A stretch of DNA of 64,000 nucleotides from Candidatus Latescibacterota bacterium (GTDB taxonomy: Bacteria; Latescibacterota; UBA2968), in contig OZ244960.1 in assembly GCA_965222605.1 (NCBI GenBank), positions 3,232,001 through 3,296,000 on the forward strand, written 5' to 3'. Below are positions 1 through 9,923 of the stretch, one piece after another. Below the pieces are notes generated by a model. The model ran no database searches and was not told where the DNA came from. It saw nothing but the letters and a program-made list of their open reading frames with translations. The position numbers and the translations under genes are program-made. Positions within the stretch are counted from its first letter, which is position 1. Each line of letters begins with the position of its first letter.

Positions 1-2
1 AT

Positions 3-1226
3 GTGACGCAAGATGCCGACGGTCTGTTGTGGTTTGCGACGTCTGGTGGGTTGGGCTGTTATGATCCCGATGGCGATGCGCCCGAAACACTTCTTTTGGT
101 TCCGCCAGTTCAAATTGCGCCGTATCAAAATGCGTTGTTTGAATTTTCGGGGCAGGATGTGTGGAAACAAACGCCAGACGGGTCATTGCAATATTCATGG
201 CGGCTCAATAGGGGTGCGTGGTCGGGTTTTTCGCGCAATAACCGGGTTTTGTTAGAGGACCTCGATGCTGGCTCTCACAAGTTTGAAGTGCGCGCTATGG
301 ATCTGGCTTTTAATGTGGATAGGATACCTGCTGTGCAGGTATTTGAAGTGCTGGCGCCTGTGTGGCAACGGCCCTGGTTTGTGGGGTTGAGTGGTGTTTC
401 GCTGCTCATTGTGCTGGTCACGACGGGATATGCGTTTCAAAAGCACAAACGCTGGCGCATAGCACAGACTCAGTTGATTGATGAATTGGAGACGGAACTT
501 CAGGAAGCCCACGATATGCAGATGGGGCTGTTGCCCCGCGCACCCGTGCGCGAAAAGGGTTTTGAGGTGGTGGGTAGATGTTTGCCTGCCAATCATGTCG
601 GCGGTGATTATTTCACGTATTTCTGGTTGGACGACGATCAGCAAACACTGGGGTTTGGAGCCGCAGATGTGTCGGGCAAGGCGATGCAGGGTGCTGTGCG
701 GGCCATGCAATTGAGCGGGATGTTGCACTATGAGGTTCGCGCGGCACAGATGCCGGTAGATGTGTTGCGGAATCTGAATGTTGTTTTGCAAGAGCAGTTC
801 GATGAGGCGAGTTTTGTGACGTGCTGTTTGGGCACGTTGGATTTAGAGACCGGGGAGATTGTTTTGGCCAATTCCGGGCATCCTTATCCCTATCGGGTGT
901 CTGCCGATGGCGGTTTGTATATGGTAGAATTGATGTCTGTGCCTCTGGGTATGACATTGCCGCCCGAGGTCGATACCGAACCCAAAGAGGCGCGTGTGTT
1001 TTTGGATTTTGGCGATATGCTGGTGCTCTACAGCGATGGGGTGACGGATATGCAAAATGCAGCAGGGGAGTTTTACGAGGAGGCGCGCCTGGAAGCGTTG
1101 CTCAAAAAACACGCGGGTACGAGTGCCGATGTTTTGATCGATACGGTGATAGATGATTTGGTTCGGTTTCGCGCGTCGGCGGCACAGACAGATGATGTGA
1201 CGCTTTTGGTTATTAAGAGGCAGTGA
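3..1226 (+). CDS. SpoIIE/PP2C-type Ser/Thr phosphatase with N-terminal propeller/Y_Y_Y sensor region (5'-truncated by window edge)
   Basis: LWFATSGGL propeller repeat, Y_Y_Y-like segment (YSWRL...HKFEVRAMD), one TM helix, then VGGDYF, ADVSGK, NSGHP, YSDGVTD and DDVT PP2C motifs. Confidence 0.88.
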   Translation: MTQDADGLLWFATSGGLGCYDPDGDAPETLLLVPPVQIAPYQNALFEFSGQDVWKQTPDGSLQYSWRLNRGAWSGFSRNNRVLLEDLDAGSHKFEVRAMDLAFNVDRIPAVQVFEVLAPVWQRPWFVGLSGVSLLIVLVTTGYAFQKHKRWRIAQTQLIDELETELQEAHDMQMGLLPRAPVREKGFEVVGRCLPANHVGGDYFTYFWLDDDQQTLGFGAADVSGKAMQGAVRAMQLSGMLHYEVRAAQMPVDVLRNLNVVLQEQFDEASFVTCCLGTLDLETGEIVLANSGHPYPYRVSADGGLYMVELMSVPLGMTLPPEVDTEPKEARVFLDFGDMLVLYSDGVTDMQNAAGEFYEEARLEALLKKHAGTSADVLIDTVIDDLVRFRASAAQTDDVTLLVIKRQ

Positions 1227-1247
1227 GACGTGAAAAAGGAGGTTGGT

Positions 1248-3131
1248 ATGCGGATTTTTGTCGCGGTATGTGTTTTGATGATGCTTCAGGGCAGTGCCGC
1301 ATTGGCTCAGAATGAAGCTTCGTTTGGTGTAATAATAGAGCCAAAGGCGGCGCGCGTTGGGGAGGCTGTTACGGTTTGGATTGATGTGGATCTTTCCGAC
1401 GACTGGCATATTTATTCGGCAACTACGCCGCCGGGTGGTCCTTATCCCACGGAGATTGCGCTATCGGGCGAGGCGTTTCGGCAAGTGGGGGCGGTGATTC
1501 AGCCCGATCCTATTGTGGAATACGATCCAAATTTTGATATGAATGTGGAATATTACCACCCCAGGGTGCGGTTTGGGTTGCGGGCCGAGGTGGGTGAGGG
1601 GATGCCGGGCGAGAGGGTGCTGGCGGGTGAAGTGACGTATATGCTTTGCAATGAGACGCAGTGTTTGCCGCCAGATACGTACACTTTTGAGGTTCCCGTG
1701 ATGGTAGAAGCGGGACCTGCGCGGGCTAAGTATGTATTTTCTGCTGTTGAAGCACCTGCGGTGCCGTTGGATGGTACGGGTAGTGTGGACGATGTTGAGC
1801 GTGCGATTACAGAGGGTTTGAGCGCGTTTTTATACCTGTCTTTGTGGATGGGTTTTCTGGCTTTGCTCACGCCGTGTGTGTTTCCGATGATTCCCATTAC
1901 GGTATCGTTTTTTACCAAGCAGGAAACACAGAGCCGGGGGGAGTCTGTTGCCAAGTCGCTGGCTTATTGCGGGGGTATTATTTTTACGTTTACCGGGCTG
2001 GGTATGGTGTTGGCGGCGACTTTAGGTGCGTCTGGTGCGGCGCAGTTTGCGGCCAATCCCTGGATCAATTTGTTGATTACTGCGATTTTTGTGGCTTTCG
2101 CGTTGGCATTGTTTGGGTTGTTTGAAATTCGATTGCCCTATGGTTTGCTCAATAAGTTGAATCAGGTTCAGGGGGGAAGTTATGGCGCGATTCTGGTTAT
2201 GGGGTTCACGTTTTCTCTTACGTCGTTTACGTGTACTGCGCCTTTTGTGGGTACGCTGCTGGTGCTGACGTCTCAGGGAACGTGGGCGTGGCCCATTTTG
2301 GGCATGCTGGCATTTTCGACTGCGTTTGCCTCTCCGTTTTTCTTTTTGGCACTTTTTCCCCAATCGCTTTCTTCGCTGCCCCAAAGCGGTGGCTGGTTAA
2401 ATTCCGTGAAGGTGGTGATGGGGTTTTTGGAATTGGCCGCTGCGTTGAAATTTTTGAGCAATGTAGATCTGGTGTGGCATTGGGAGATTATTTCGCGCGA
2501 GGTCTTTATTGCGGGATGGATCGCGATTTTTTTCCTGTGTGGTCTTTATTTGCTGGGCAAAATCCGATTGCCGCACGACTCTTTGCTCGATACGATTGGT
2601 CCGCTGCGGTTGTTGGCGAGTAGTGGGTGTTTGGCTTTTGGGCTGTATTTGATGACGGGTCTTTTTGGTGCTCCCCTGGGCGAATGGGACGCATTTTTCC
2701 CGCCTTATGGGAGTTATGGCGAGATTGCCAAAATAAGGAGTGGTGAACCCGAGCTGGCCTGGCGCGATGATTATGAAGCGGGTTTGGTAGAGGCAAAGGC
2801 GACGGGCAAACCGGTATTTATCGATTTTACGGGCTATGCGTGTACTAATTGCCGCTGGATGGAGGCGAATATTTTTCCCGAGAAGGAGGTATACGCGTTA
2901 TTAAAACAGTTTGTACGGGTTCAGTTGTACACAGATGGGCGGGAAGAAGAGCACAAGCGCAATCGCGATTTGCAGGAGGCTAATTTTGGTACGGTTGCAC
3001 TGCCTTTGTACGTGATTATGTCACCTGACGGCAAAGAGATTGCACATTTTCCGGGGATGACGCGCGATGTGGATATCTTTGTTCGCTTTTTGAAACAGGG
3101 GATCAGTCCAGCATTGGTAAGTGTGAAGTAG
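1248..3131 (+). CDS. dsbD: Protein-disulfide reductase DsbD (N-domain, TM domain, thioredoxin)
   Basis: Signal peptide; WHIYS...CNETQC N-domain; LTPCVFP and FTCTAP membrane cysteines; DFTGYACTNCR thioredoxin motif; GGAGG RBS before ATG 1248 (track starts at GTG 1230). Confidence 0.9.
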   Translation: MRIFVAVCVLMMLQGSAALAQNEASFGVIIEPKAARVGEAVTVWIDVDLSDDWHIYSATTPPGGPYPTEIALSGEAFRQVGAVIQPDPIVEYDPNFDMNVEYYHPRVRFGLRAEVGEGMPGERVLAGEVTYMLCNETQCLPPDTYTFEVPVMVEAGPARAKYVFSAVEAPAVPLDGTGSVDDVERAITEGLSAFLYLSLWMGFLALLTPCVFPMIPITVSFFTKQETQSRGESVAKSLAYCGGIIFTFTGLGMVLAATLGASGAAQFAANPWINLLITAIFVAFALALFGLFEIRLPYGLLNKLNQVQGGSYGAILVMGFTFSLTSFTCTAPFVGTLLVLTSQGTWAWPILGMLAFSTAFASPFFFLALFPQSLSSLPQSGGWLNSVKVVMGFLELAAALKFLSNVDLVWHWEIISREVFIAGWIAIFFLCGLYLLGKIRLPHDSLLDTIGPLRLLASSGCLAFGLYLMTGLFGAPLGEWDAFFPPYGSYGEIAKIRSGEPELAWRDDYEAGLVEAKATGKPVFIDFTGYACTNCRWMEANIFPEKEVYALLKQFVRVQLYTDGREEEHKRNRDLQEANFGTVALPLYVIMSPDGKEIAHFPGMTRDVDIFVRFLKQGISPALVSVK

Positions 3132-3198
3132 GTAGGGGACGGTCCCCGTGCCCCCGTATAAAGTCACTACGGGGCAGGCTCCCGACTGTCATCGCGGC
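3119..3198. repeat. REP-like intergenic palindromic repeat, copy 1
   Basis: aagtgtgaagtaggtaggggacgg...cccgtataaagtcactacgggg caggctcccg..tgtcatcgcggc, near-identical to 6597-6667. Confidence 0.8.
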
Positions 3199-4448
3199 TA
3201 TGATAGGCCGAGGAATGCGCCCAGGACGAGGGCAACCACGCCGAGGAGTGATAGGAGAAGGGTACCAATGGCTATGTGAAGCATTTGGGGTTCAAGGTGG
3301 TCAAGCCAGTTTTCGAGTGTTTCGATGCCCGAGCGCAATGCGCGTTCGATGGGGTCGGGAAGATGCTTGATGAAGGGCATTTTTCGCCGAGATATTTCGT
3401 CGATGTATTGAATATTTTTGATGTTGTGACGGGCATTGAAGGTGTGTTCGACGAATTTGCGGATTGCGAAACGCTGCACCGGGTCGTGAATTTCGGATAG
3501 GCGAAGAGTTTGTGTATCAATGGTGTTGGACAGTTTGAAGCAGTGTGTGGTCTTGTCGGGGTCGTCTGGGTCGGGTTCGAGTTCGCCTTTGACAACGCGC
3601 CCCAAGATGGTGAGGTCGTGATAGTTGAGGTAGTGATAGCGTCCGCCTTTTTCGCGGCCCAATAGGCTTTCAATGCGTTGGCGCAAGATATCGGGATCGT
3701 CTTTGCTTTGGCGAAGATGTTCGGAGATTTTGATGTTGAAGCATCGCGCATAAAATTTGAGAAAGTCCCGGACAACGGGCGAGGTATAACTGCCTTTGGC
3801 GTTGATGAGACGACGCACAAAGCCGAGGTAACGGGGGTTTGTGTATAGTCGCGCGGCGATGTCGAATGAGTCTTTGCCCGATTCGCGCATCTGTGTTTTG
3901 ATGGCGGCGTCGATTTGTACGCTCATCTGGATCAGTGCGGCGTCTTCGTCGTCTTCGCGCACGATGGACCGGGTGGGGTCCTCGGGTTCGGCGCGGGCGA
4001 GAAAGGGCGTGGTTTCGCTCGAGGCAAAGCTGCCAAGCCCGCCTTCTATGCCCTGTCTGATCATGATTTGAGAAGCGGCTTCTTCTATTTCCGCTTCTGT
4101 TTTTTTTATGAGTTCTTCGGGGAGTTCTGCGTTTTGTTCGGGTACGAGGGCAGAGATGTTGTCTGCAAAGATTTGAACTTGAGATTTGTTGTTGAATACG
4201 TTGAGATAGGGTTGTTGCATTACTTCGGGCAACAGATGCTGTGTGAGGGTGTTGCCCCGCTGTCCTTTGAAGGCGGTGTAGAGTGCTTCGTGCAGTGAGG
4301 TGAAGGGAACTACGCGCGTTGCGACCATTACGCGATCTGCGCCATAGGTGAAGACATAGAGATTTTCCCAATAGCACTTGCGGTAGTATGGGCGGTCGGT
4401 TTTAGAGGAGAAAGCGAAGCGGTATTTTGGATCGACAATGCGTTCCAT
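3198..4448 (-). CDS. Hypothetical protein with C-terminal membrane anchor
   Basis: Long ORF with AGGAGG RBS before ATG 4448 (MERIVDPKY); hydrophobic C-terminal helix; no recognised motifs. Confidence 0.75.
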   Translation of the reverse strand: MERIVDPKYRFAFSSKTDRPYYRKCYWENLYVFTYGADRVMVATRVVPFTSLHEALYTAFKGQRGNTLTQHLLPEVMQQPYLNVFNNKSQVQIFADNISALVPEQNAELPEELIKKTEAEIEEAASQIMIRQGIEGGLGSFASSETTPFLARAEPEDPTRSIVREDDEDAALIQMSVQIDAAIKTQMRESGKDSFDIAARLYTNPRYLGFVRRLINAKGSYTSPVVRDFLKFYARCFNIKISEHLRQSKDDPDILRQRIESLLGREKGGRYHYLNYHDLTILGRVVKGELEPDPDDPDKTTHCFKLSNTIDTQTLRLSEIHDPVQRFAIRKFVEHTFNARHNIKNIQYIDEISRRKMPFIKHLPDPIERALRSGIETLENWLDHLEPQMLHIAIGTLLLSLLGVVALVLGAFLGLS

Positions 4449-4513
4449 CGGTTCCTCCTGGGCGGGGAATGGACGGTGGGTACAAAATAATAGCATTAAT
4501 TCGAAAGGAAAAG

Positions 4514-6604
4514 ATGAATTATTTTCGGGGCAATCGGTTTCTCAATACTTTGCCCGATTGGGAAACGGGTGAGCCGATAGACGGTGCGCTGGAAAATTAT
4601 TTGCCGCGCGTGCGCGCGCTGTTGCACCGCATGGATAATCCCCAGGCGCGGTTTGGCTCTGTTATTGTGGGGGGTACAAATGGCAAGGGCACGGTGAGTT
4701 ATTTGCTGGCTGAGTTATTGCGGGCAGCGGGTTTTCGCGTGGGGCTTTATACGTCGCCGCATTTGCACACGGTGCGCGAGCGGATATGTGTTGATGGCGA
4801 GGTGCTCGCGCGCGCTGTGTGGGCCGAAGGCGTCGCGCATTTTTACGAAAAAAGCCGTGATTTTGGGCGCGAAGGCTGGGGTGCGTTTAGCAAGTTTGAG
4901 GCGCTCACGGTTTTGGCGGCTCATCACTTTGCGCGGGCCAATGTGGATTGGGCTGTTTTTGAGGTGGGGCTGGGTGGGCAATTTGACGCGACCAATGCGT
5001 GGGATTCAAAAGTTGCTGTGTTGACGGCTATTCATCTGGATCACACGGATGTGTTGGGCGATACGCTGCATGAGATTGCGGCGGATAAGGTACATATTGC
5101 GCGATCGGGAAGGCCGCTGTTTACGGGTTCACAGCAGGCTCCTGAAGTTCTTAAATTGCTGAAGAGGGCGTGTGTGCATCGGGGTGCGGCGTTGCATGTG
5201 GTCGATAAGGAAATGGACGATATTGCGGATCGACCGGCTACTTTTCGAGAGAATGCCGCGCTATCAGTGGCGGTGGCGCAGCATATTGTAGATGGGTGCG
5301 GGATGGTGTTGCCGGATGAGCGGGTGCGGGATGTGATTTTGAAGGGTTCGTTGCCCGGGCGATTTGAGGTGGTTCGGAAAGCGCCTCCTTTGATTTTAGA
5401 TGGTGCCCACAATCCGGACGCGGTTCGCGCATTGGTCCGGGATTTGCAACTTCTGTCGGATAAGTGGCGATTTGTGGTGGGTGTTAATAAAGGGCACGAT
5501 GCACGGGGTATTTTGCAGGCGATTGCGCCCCTGGCCTCCGAAGTTGTTTTGACGCAGTCGGCGCATCCCAAAGCCATTTCTGTGGCGAGCTTGAGATCAC
5601 GGGTTCCAGAAGGGCTGTGCGTGCGGTGTGAAAGTGGGGGATTGGATTTTTTGACGCAGGTAGGAGGACCCACGTGTGTCCTCGGGTCGCTGCATCTGGT
5701 GGCGTTGGCGCGCGAGATGTTGGATTTGCCCAGGGAGACGGATAGTTTTGGGGAGGATGTGATTTTAGAGAGTTTGCGGTGTCTTGAAATCGCGTGTCGC
5801 AATTTGGGCGTCGGGTATGAGGCGGTGTCGGCAGATGGCAATGTAATTCGGGTGGAGAGGGACGGAAAGCCGCTGTATTTTTTGCGAAATAAACATCCGT
5901 TTAACGATTATGTTTCTGGAAAATTGGCCGAGGACAAAGGGTATCAATACGAGCTGTTTGATCGGACGAATATCACCGTGCCCAGGACGATGACGGTGTT
6001 TAACCCTCTATCTGACCGGCGGTTTGATCGGTATAAGACGCATGCTTCTGTCGCAGATATTGTGAGCGATGTGGTGCAACACATGTCGTTTCCCGTTGTG
6101 CTGAAACGCAATCACGGGTCTATGGCACAGGGTGTGTATTTGGAGACGAATGCAGGGGATTTGCACTCGCGTTTGCAAGAATTGTGTGAGGAAAGCAGCC
6201 GATTTGATAATGTGTTGTTGATCCAGGCTTATGTTGAGGGGCCTGAGTATCGCATTGTGGGCAGCGAGGATGAGTTGTTGCTCGCATATGAAAAGCAAAA
6301 TGATTCAGATATTGAGGGAGAGGATATCAATCCCCTGCATCGGGCGGGGAGCAGGGCGGTTGCGGTTGTGGATGAGAGATTATTAGAGGATTTTCGCGCG
6401 TTGACACAGGCGTTAAGTCGGGTGTTGGATTTGGGCTTTTACGCGGTTGATTTGATCGCGGGTTCCAATGGGTTTTTTGTTTTAGAAGTGAATCCCAATC
6501 CTATATGTCACTTTTACAACGCGGATAATGGACGAGGCGATTTTGTGCAAATTTATCAGTATCTGGTGCAGAAATATTTGCTGGGCGAGAAGGGAAAAGT
6601 GTGA
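4514..6604 (+). CDS. FolC-type Mur ligase fused to a C-terminal ATP-grasp domain
   Basis: GTNGKG, YTSPHL, EVGLGG.FDATN, DHTDVLGDT, PGRFE and DGAHN (FolC); then AEDK, FPVVLKRNHGSMAQGV, EYRI, YAVDLI and VLEVNPNP (ATP-grasp). Confidence 0.85.
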   Translation: MNYFRGNRFLNTLPDWETGEPIDGALENYLPRVRALLHRMDNPQARFGSVIVGGTNGKGTVSYLLAELLRAAGFRVGLYTSPHLHTVRERICVDGEVLARAVWAEGVAHFYEKSRDFGREGWGAFSKFEALTVLAAHHFARANVDWAVFEVGLGGQFDATNAWDSKVAVLTAIHLDHTDVLGDTLHEIAADKVHIARSGRPLFTGSQQAPEVLKLLKRACVHRGAALHVVDKEMDDIADRPATFRENAALSVAVAQHIVDGCGMVLPDERVRDVILKGSLPGRFEVVRKAPPLILDGAHNPDAVRALVRDLQLLSDKWRFVVGVNKGHDARGILQAIAPLASEVVLTQSAHPKAISVASLRSRVPEGLCVRCESGGLDFLTQVGGPTCVLGSLHLVALAREMLDLPRETDSFGEDVILESLRCLEIACRNLGVGYEAVSADGNVIRVERDGKPLYFLRNKHPFNDYVSGKLAEDKGYQYELFDRTNITVPRTMTVFNPLSDRRFDRYKTHASVADIVSDVVQHMSFPVVLKRNHGSMAQGVYLETNAGDLHSRLQELCEESSRFDNVLLIQAYVEGPEYRIVGSEDELLLAYEKQNDSDIEGEDINPLHRAGSRAVAVVDERLLEDFRALTQALSRVLDLGFYAVDLIAGSNGFFVLEVNPNPICHFYNADNGRGDFVQIYQYLVQKYLLGEKGKV

Positions 6605-6718
6605 AGTAGTAGGGGACGGTTCCCGTATAAAGGCACTACGGGACAGGCTCCCGTGTGTCATCGCGGCATGGTCCCCTGCTTAAAGCATGCAGGGGCATGC
6701 TTGAGCCGCGACCCAGAG
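6597..6718. repeat. REP-like intergenic palindromic repeat, copy 2 (longest)
   Basis: Same core as 3119-3198, extended by gtcatcgcggcatg-cccctgc..gcagggg-catg..gccgcgacc nested hairpin; lies between convergent genes. Confidence 0.8.
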
Positions 6719-6723
6719 GTTTT

Positions 6724-9700
6724 TCATATCTCAACCGGGACCATTTTGTGCGTCTGGGGCTGATATGCCATGCCGGTGAGCAATTTTTCGAGTGTGTTGG
6801 TGATGCGGAAGACAACGCGATTTTTGCCTTGTTTGAGATAGGTTGTTTTGCCAGTCCAGCTATAGGGTGGCCAGGCGCGCACGCCCAAAGACTGACCGTT
6901 AATGGTTATTTCGACGATGTCGGCGAGGTTTTTTACGGTGTGTTCGAGGTCAATTTTGAAACGCGCGGTTCTGGGAAGGGTTTTGAAATCGATGTCTCGG
7001 GTGTATGACACGGTGCCAGCATAGAAGGGTAGCCCCTGCGTTTTGAGGTCAAAAATTGGACCGTTATCTTGAAGGAGTGCGAGCCTGGGGTAGATGTTTC
7101 GCCAGGATTTGAGTTGAAAACGTCCAAAGAGATACAGGGCATCGACGAGGCCATCGCCCGAGCTGTTGTTTTCCACACGGATGGCGATCACATTTTTGCC
7201 CTTGTTTATGCGTTGTCCTACAGAACACGTCGCGTTGGCGTGATCGAATCGGAAGGTGGGACGAAAAGCATTGCTCGGCAATTTGAAACCGTTGATGTAG
7301 ATCTGATACTCCCCTTGAATAGCACTTCGATCCATGACCAGGGATAGTTTACTGGGGACGATGTCCGAGATAAAGGTTGTTCGGTACCAACAAATCGTTT
7401 TCTCTTTTAAGTCGTCAAAAGGTTTCGGGCGCGTTTCGAGCCACCTGCTATCGCTATAAGCTGGTTGATGCCAGCCCTGTCGCTTGCCTGTGTTAGACGG
7501 GTCGAGTTTCATTTTGAATTTGTCCAGGCGCAGGGCGTTATCTTCTTCTGTATCGACTTTCCAGGGACCTGTTAAATCGAGTTTGAGTGTTTCTATCAAC
7601 GGCTCTTCTTTTTCTTTTTTTTCAGAGCCTGTTACGATCATATGTGATTGCAGCCGATCAAAGGAGAGGTTGATGCGGCTCATTTCTCCGGTGGGTTCGG
7701 CCGCAAGCGGTGTGCGGTTGCCCGTTTCTAAATCCCATTTTTCTATCTGTCCATCGCAGGCGGGCATATAAATTTGGGTTGCAACGGGCGAATTCTCCTG
7801 ATTGGAAAAAAAGAATATGTGATGTTTTTCATGGGTGCGGTGGTGATATTGTATTGCGTCGGTGCTTTTCCCTTCTGACATGATGCGTACTCGCCGGGGC
7901 AGAATTTCGTCGAGCAGGCGTTCCAGCATGGATGTCGCTTGATTTTTTTCTACAGTACCCCCCGTGCGGATAAACAAGAAGTTGTCTCGACTCAGCAGGT
8001 GGACGCCCGATTCGTGGCCTGTATAATCGCGAATCATTCGCCCGGGGTCCATGTCGGTCAATCGCGAAAATCCCTCGACGACGGATGTGCCCTCTTGAAT
8101 ATCCTCAATGGGCAATAACCCCAGGGCGATGACGAGACCGCCTGCAATGATAAATGCGCGTAGCTTATCAAAAGCTTCGCGTTCCAGATTGGTGATAGGG
8201 GGAATGATCAGGACCTTGTAGCGCGTTTTGCCGATCTGCAATTGGCGGTTGATGATTTCTGCCTGGGCGAGAAGGGTCGGGTCAAGGCTTTGAAATGGTC
8301 GCTGCATCTGATACAGGGCGCGGGCAATACATGCCCAGTCGGCAACGAGGTGATTGGTCAGTGTTTCTTCATCGGGATCATAGCCGATATAAGACCAGTT
8401 GTGAAACGGGTGTGCGAGATGTGACCACAGGCTGGTGACGGGATCGAGGAGTGCTATATCGGCTACTTGCTGTCCCTGGCTTAAGAGATGTGCGAGTCGC
8501 CCCGCGTAGTCAGACAGCAGGTGGAAGTGTTTCCAGTAGGGATTTTGGTGAAATATAGATGTGGCGTGTTTGCGCAACCCGTCGAGTGTGTAGTAGAGGG
8601 CGTGGGGGGCAAAGAAGTTGGTTCCGTGGATGCCGAGGGTATCGAGCTGTGCTTTCATATCTTGTAGCGTGGTCGCCCAGCCCGTGTTTTGGAAACAGGT
8701 ATTGAGTACGCGGGAAGTGCTTGTTTGCGCGGCGAGTGCGGTTGCAAATTCTGGGCTGTGGCGATATGATACGGCGTATTCTTTGGCGCGTTTAACGCCG
8801 AGGCCACCGCTTGTACCAGGTATGGGTATGGAAGAGCGATGGGCATTGCGAAGCGGGGTTATATCGCTCGCATAATTGAGGTCGTGCTCTTTGCACCAGT
8901 CGGCACTGCGCGCGCTGTCGTGTCGCTGTTGCAGTTCGCCCAGGGTTTGGAAATAATCGTAGCGAATGCGGCTCGTGTTGGGACCAAAGTAGGTTATGAG
9001 GGCAGGCAAGCAAGGGAGGAGATTGTAACCATTGCGCGTTTTAAAGTATTCGGGCAATACGGGTGACCAGAGCAGGCGATCGTTGGGGAAATGCGTTTCT
9101 GCGGTTAAAATACCCTTTAAGGTTTTGCCCTGATAAGCGGAAAAGTGCTCGATATAGGGTTGTTGAATGGTCTGGTGCAGGGTGCGGACAGACTCTGGAT
9201 TGAACCGATCGAGGTGTGAGCCAGGACAATCGCTGGTTGCCGAGGGTTCTTGCAAAAAAACGAGCACGCGCCAACGTCCGGCAGGTGCTTTCCAGTACAG
9301 TCGTCGGGTGGGATTAAAAGATACATAAGTGTAGGGATGGTAGGCGGTCAAAGCGTTGTTGCTGTGCAATTTGTGGTGTTGATGATTGACCCCCAGATAA
9401 GCACTGATATCTTGTTTGTCTTCCCACAGACAGCGGTCTCTTCGCAAGGGAACGGCAAGTGCTTGCAACACGGGTGCCCAGGGCAGCGTGAGGTCAACTT
9501 GTTGCCCGCCCTGTACAACGGTTTCGCGAAAGGTGAGTTGTTGTGCGATGAATTGGGGATGATTTAAGGTGATTTGGGTTGATCCAATACCACCTGGATA
9601 GCGGTATTCGTCGTGGATCCAGACATGGAGGCCACATTCTTCTGCTGTTTCGAGTGCCAATTTTACGCGATCGAACCATATGTGAGACAAATAAGGCGTT

Positions 9701-9870
9701 TTTAGCCCAGGACCTGTTGATAGGCAAAATCCACCAAGCCCTTTTTCGCTCATTTCGCGAATTTGACGAACGAGTTCGTTTTCTTCTATGATGCCGTTCC
9801 ATATCCAAAATGGAACGAGGCGGTCAGCAGCAGGGGGGGTGATGAAATTTTTAGGGTTCATAAGTTTCAA
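6724..9870 (-). CDS. Glycoside hydrolase family 106-like (alpha-L-rhamnosidase-like) protein
   Basis: PFWIWNG...GLGGF...WIHDE..YPGG N-terminus, RIRYDY, HALYYT, C-terminal beta-sandwich (PFYAGTVSY, GVRAWPPY). Confidence 0.78.
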   Translation of the reverse strand: MKLMNPKNFITPPAADRLVPFWIWNGIIEENELVRQIREMSEKGLGGFCLSTGPGLKTPYLSHIWFDRVKLALETAEECGLHVWIHDEYRYPGGIGSTQITLNHPQFIAQQLTFRETVVQGGQQVDLTLPWAPVLQALAVPLRRDRCLWEDKQDISAYLGVNHQHHKLHSNNALTAYHPYTYVSFNPTRRLYWKAPAGRWRVLVFLQEPSATSDCPGSHLDRFNPESVRTLHQTIQQPYIEHFSAYQGKTLKGILTAETHFPNDRLLWSPVLPEYFKTRNGYNLLPCLPALITYFGPNTSRIRYDYFQTLGELQQRHDSARSADWCKEHDLNYASDITPLRNAHRSSIPIPGTSGGLGVKRAKEYAVSYRHSPEFATALAAQTSTSRVLNTCFQNTGWATTLQDMKAQLDTLGIHGTNFFAPHALYYTLDGLRKHATSIFHQNPYWKHFHLLSDYAGRLAHLLSQGQQVADIALLDPVTSLWSHLAHPFHNWSYIGYDPDEETLTNHLVADWACIARALYQMQRPFQSLDPTLLAQAEIINRQLQIGKTRYKVLIIPPITNLEREAFDKLRAFIIAGGLVIALGLLPIEDIQEGTSVVEGFSRLTDMDPGRMIRDYTGHESGVHLLSRDNFLFIRTGGTVEKNQATSMLERLLDEILPRRVRIMSEGKSTDAIQYHHRTHEKHHIFFFSNQENSPVATQIYMPACDGQIEKWDLETGNRTPLAAEPTGEMSRINLSFDRLQSHMIVTGSEKKEKEEPLIETLKLDLTGPWKVDTEEDNALRLDKFKMKLDPSNTGKRQGWHQPAYSDSRWLETRPKPFDDLKEKTICWYRTTFISDIVPSKLSLVMDRSAIQGEYQIYINGFKLPSNAFRPTFRFDHANATCSVGQRINKGKNVIAIRVENNSSGDGLVDALYLFGRFQLKSWRNIYPRLALLQDNGPIFDLKTQGLPFYAGTVSYTRDIDFKTLPRTARFKIDLEHTVKNLADIVEITINGQSLGVRAWPPYSWTGKTTYLKQGKNRVVFRITNTLEKLLTGMAYQPQTHKMVPVEI

Positions 9871-9923
9871 GGGATTATGACTCGCGGTGAAGTAATGGCA
9901 TGAGATTTTTTGGGCAAAATACG

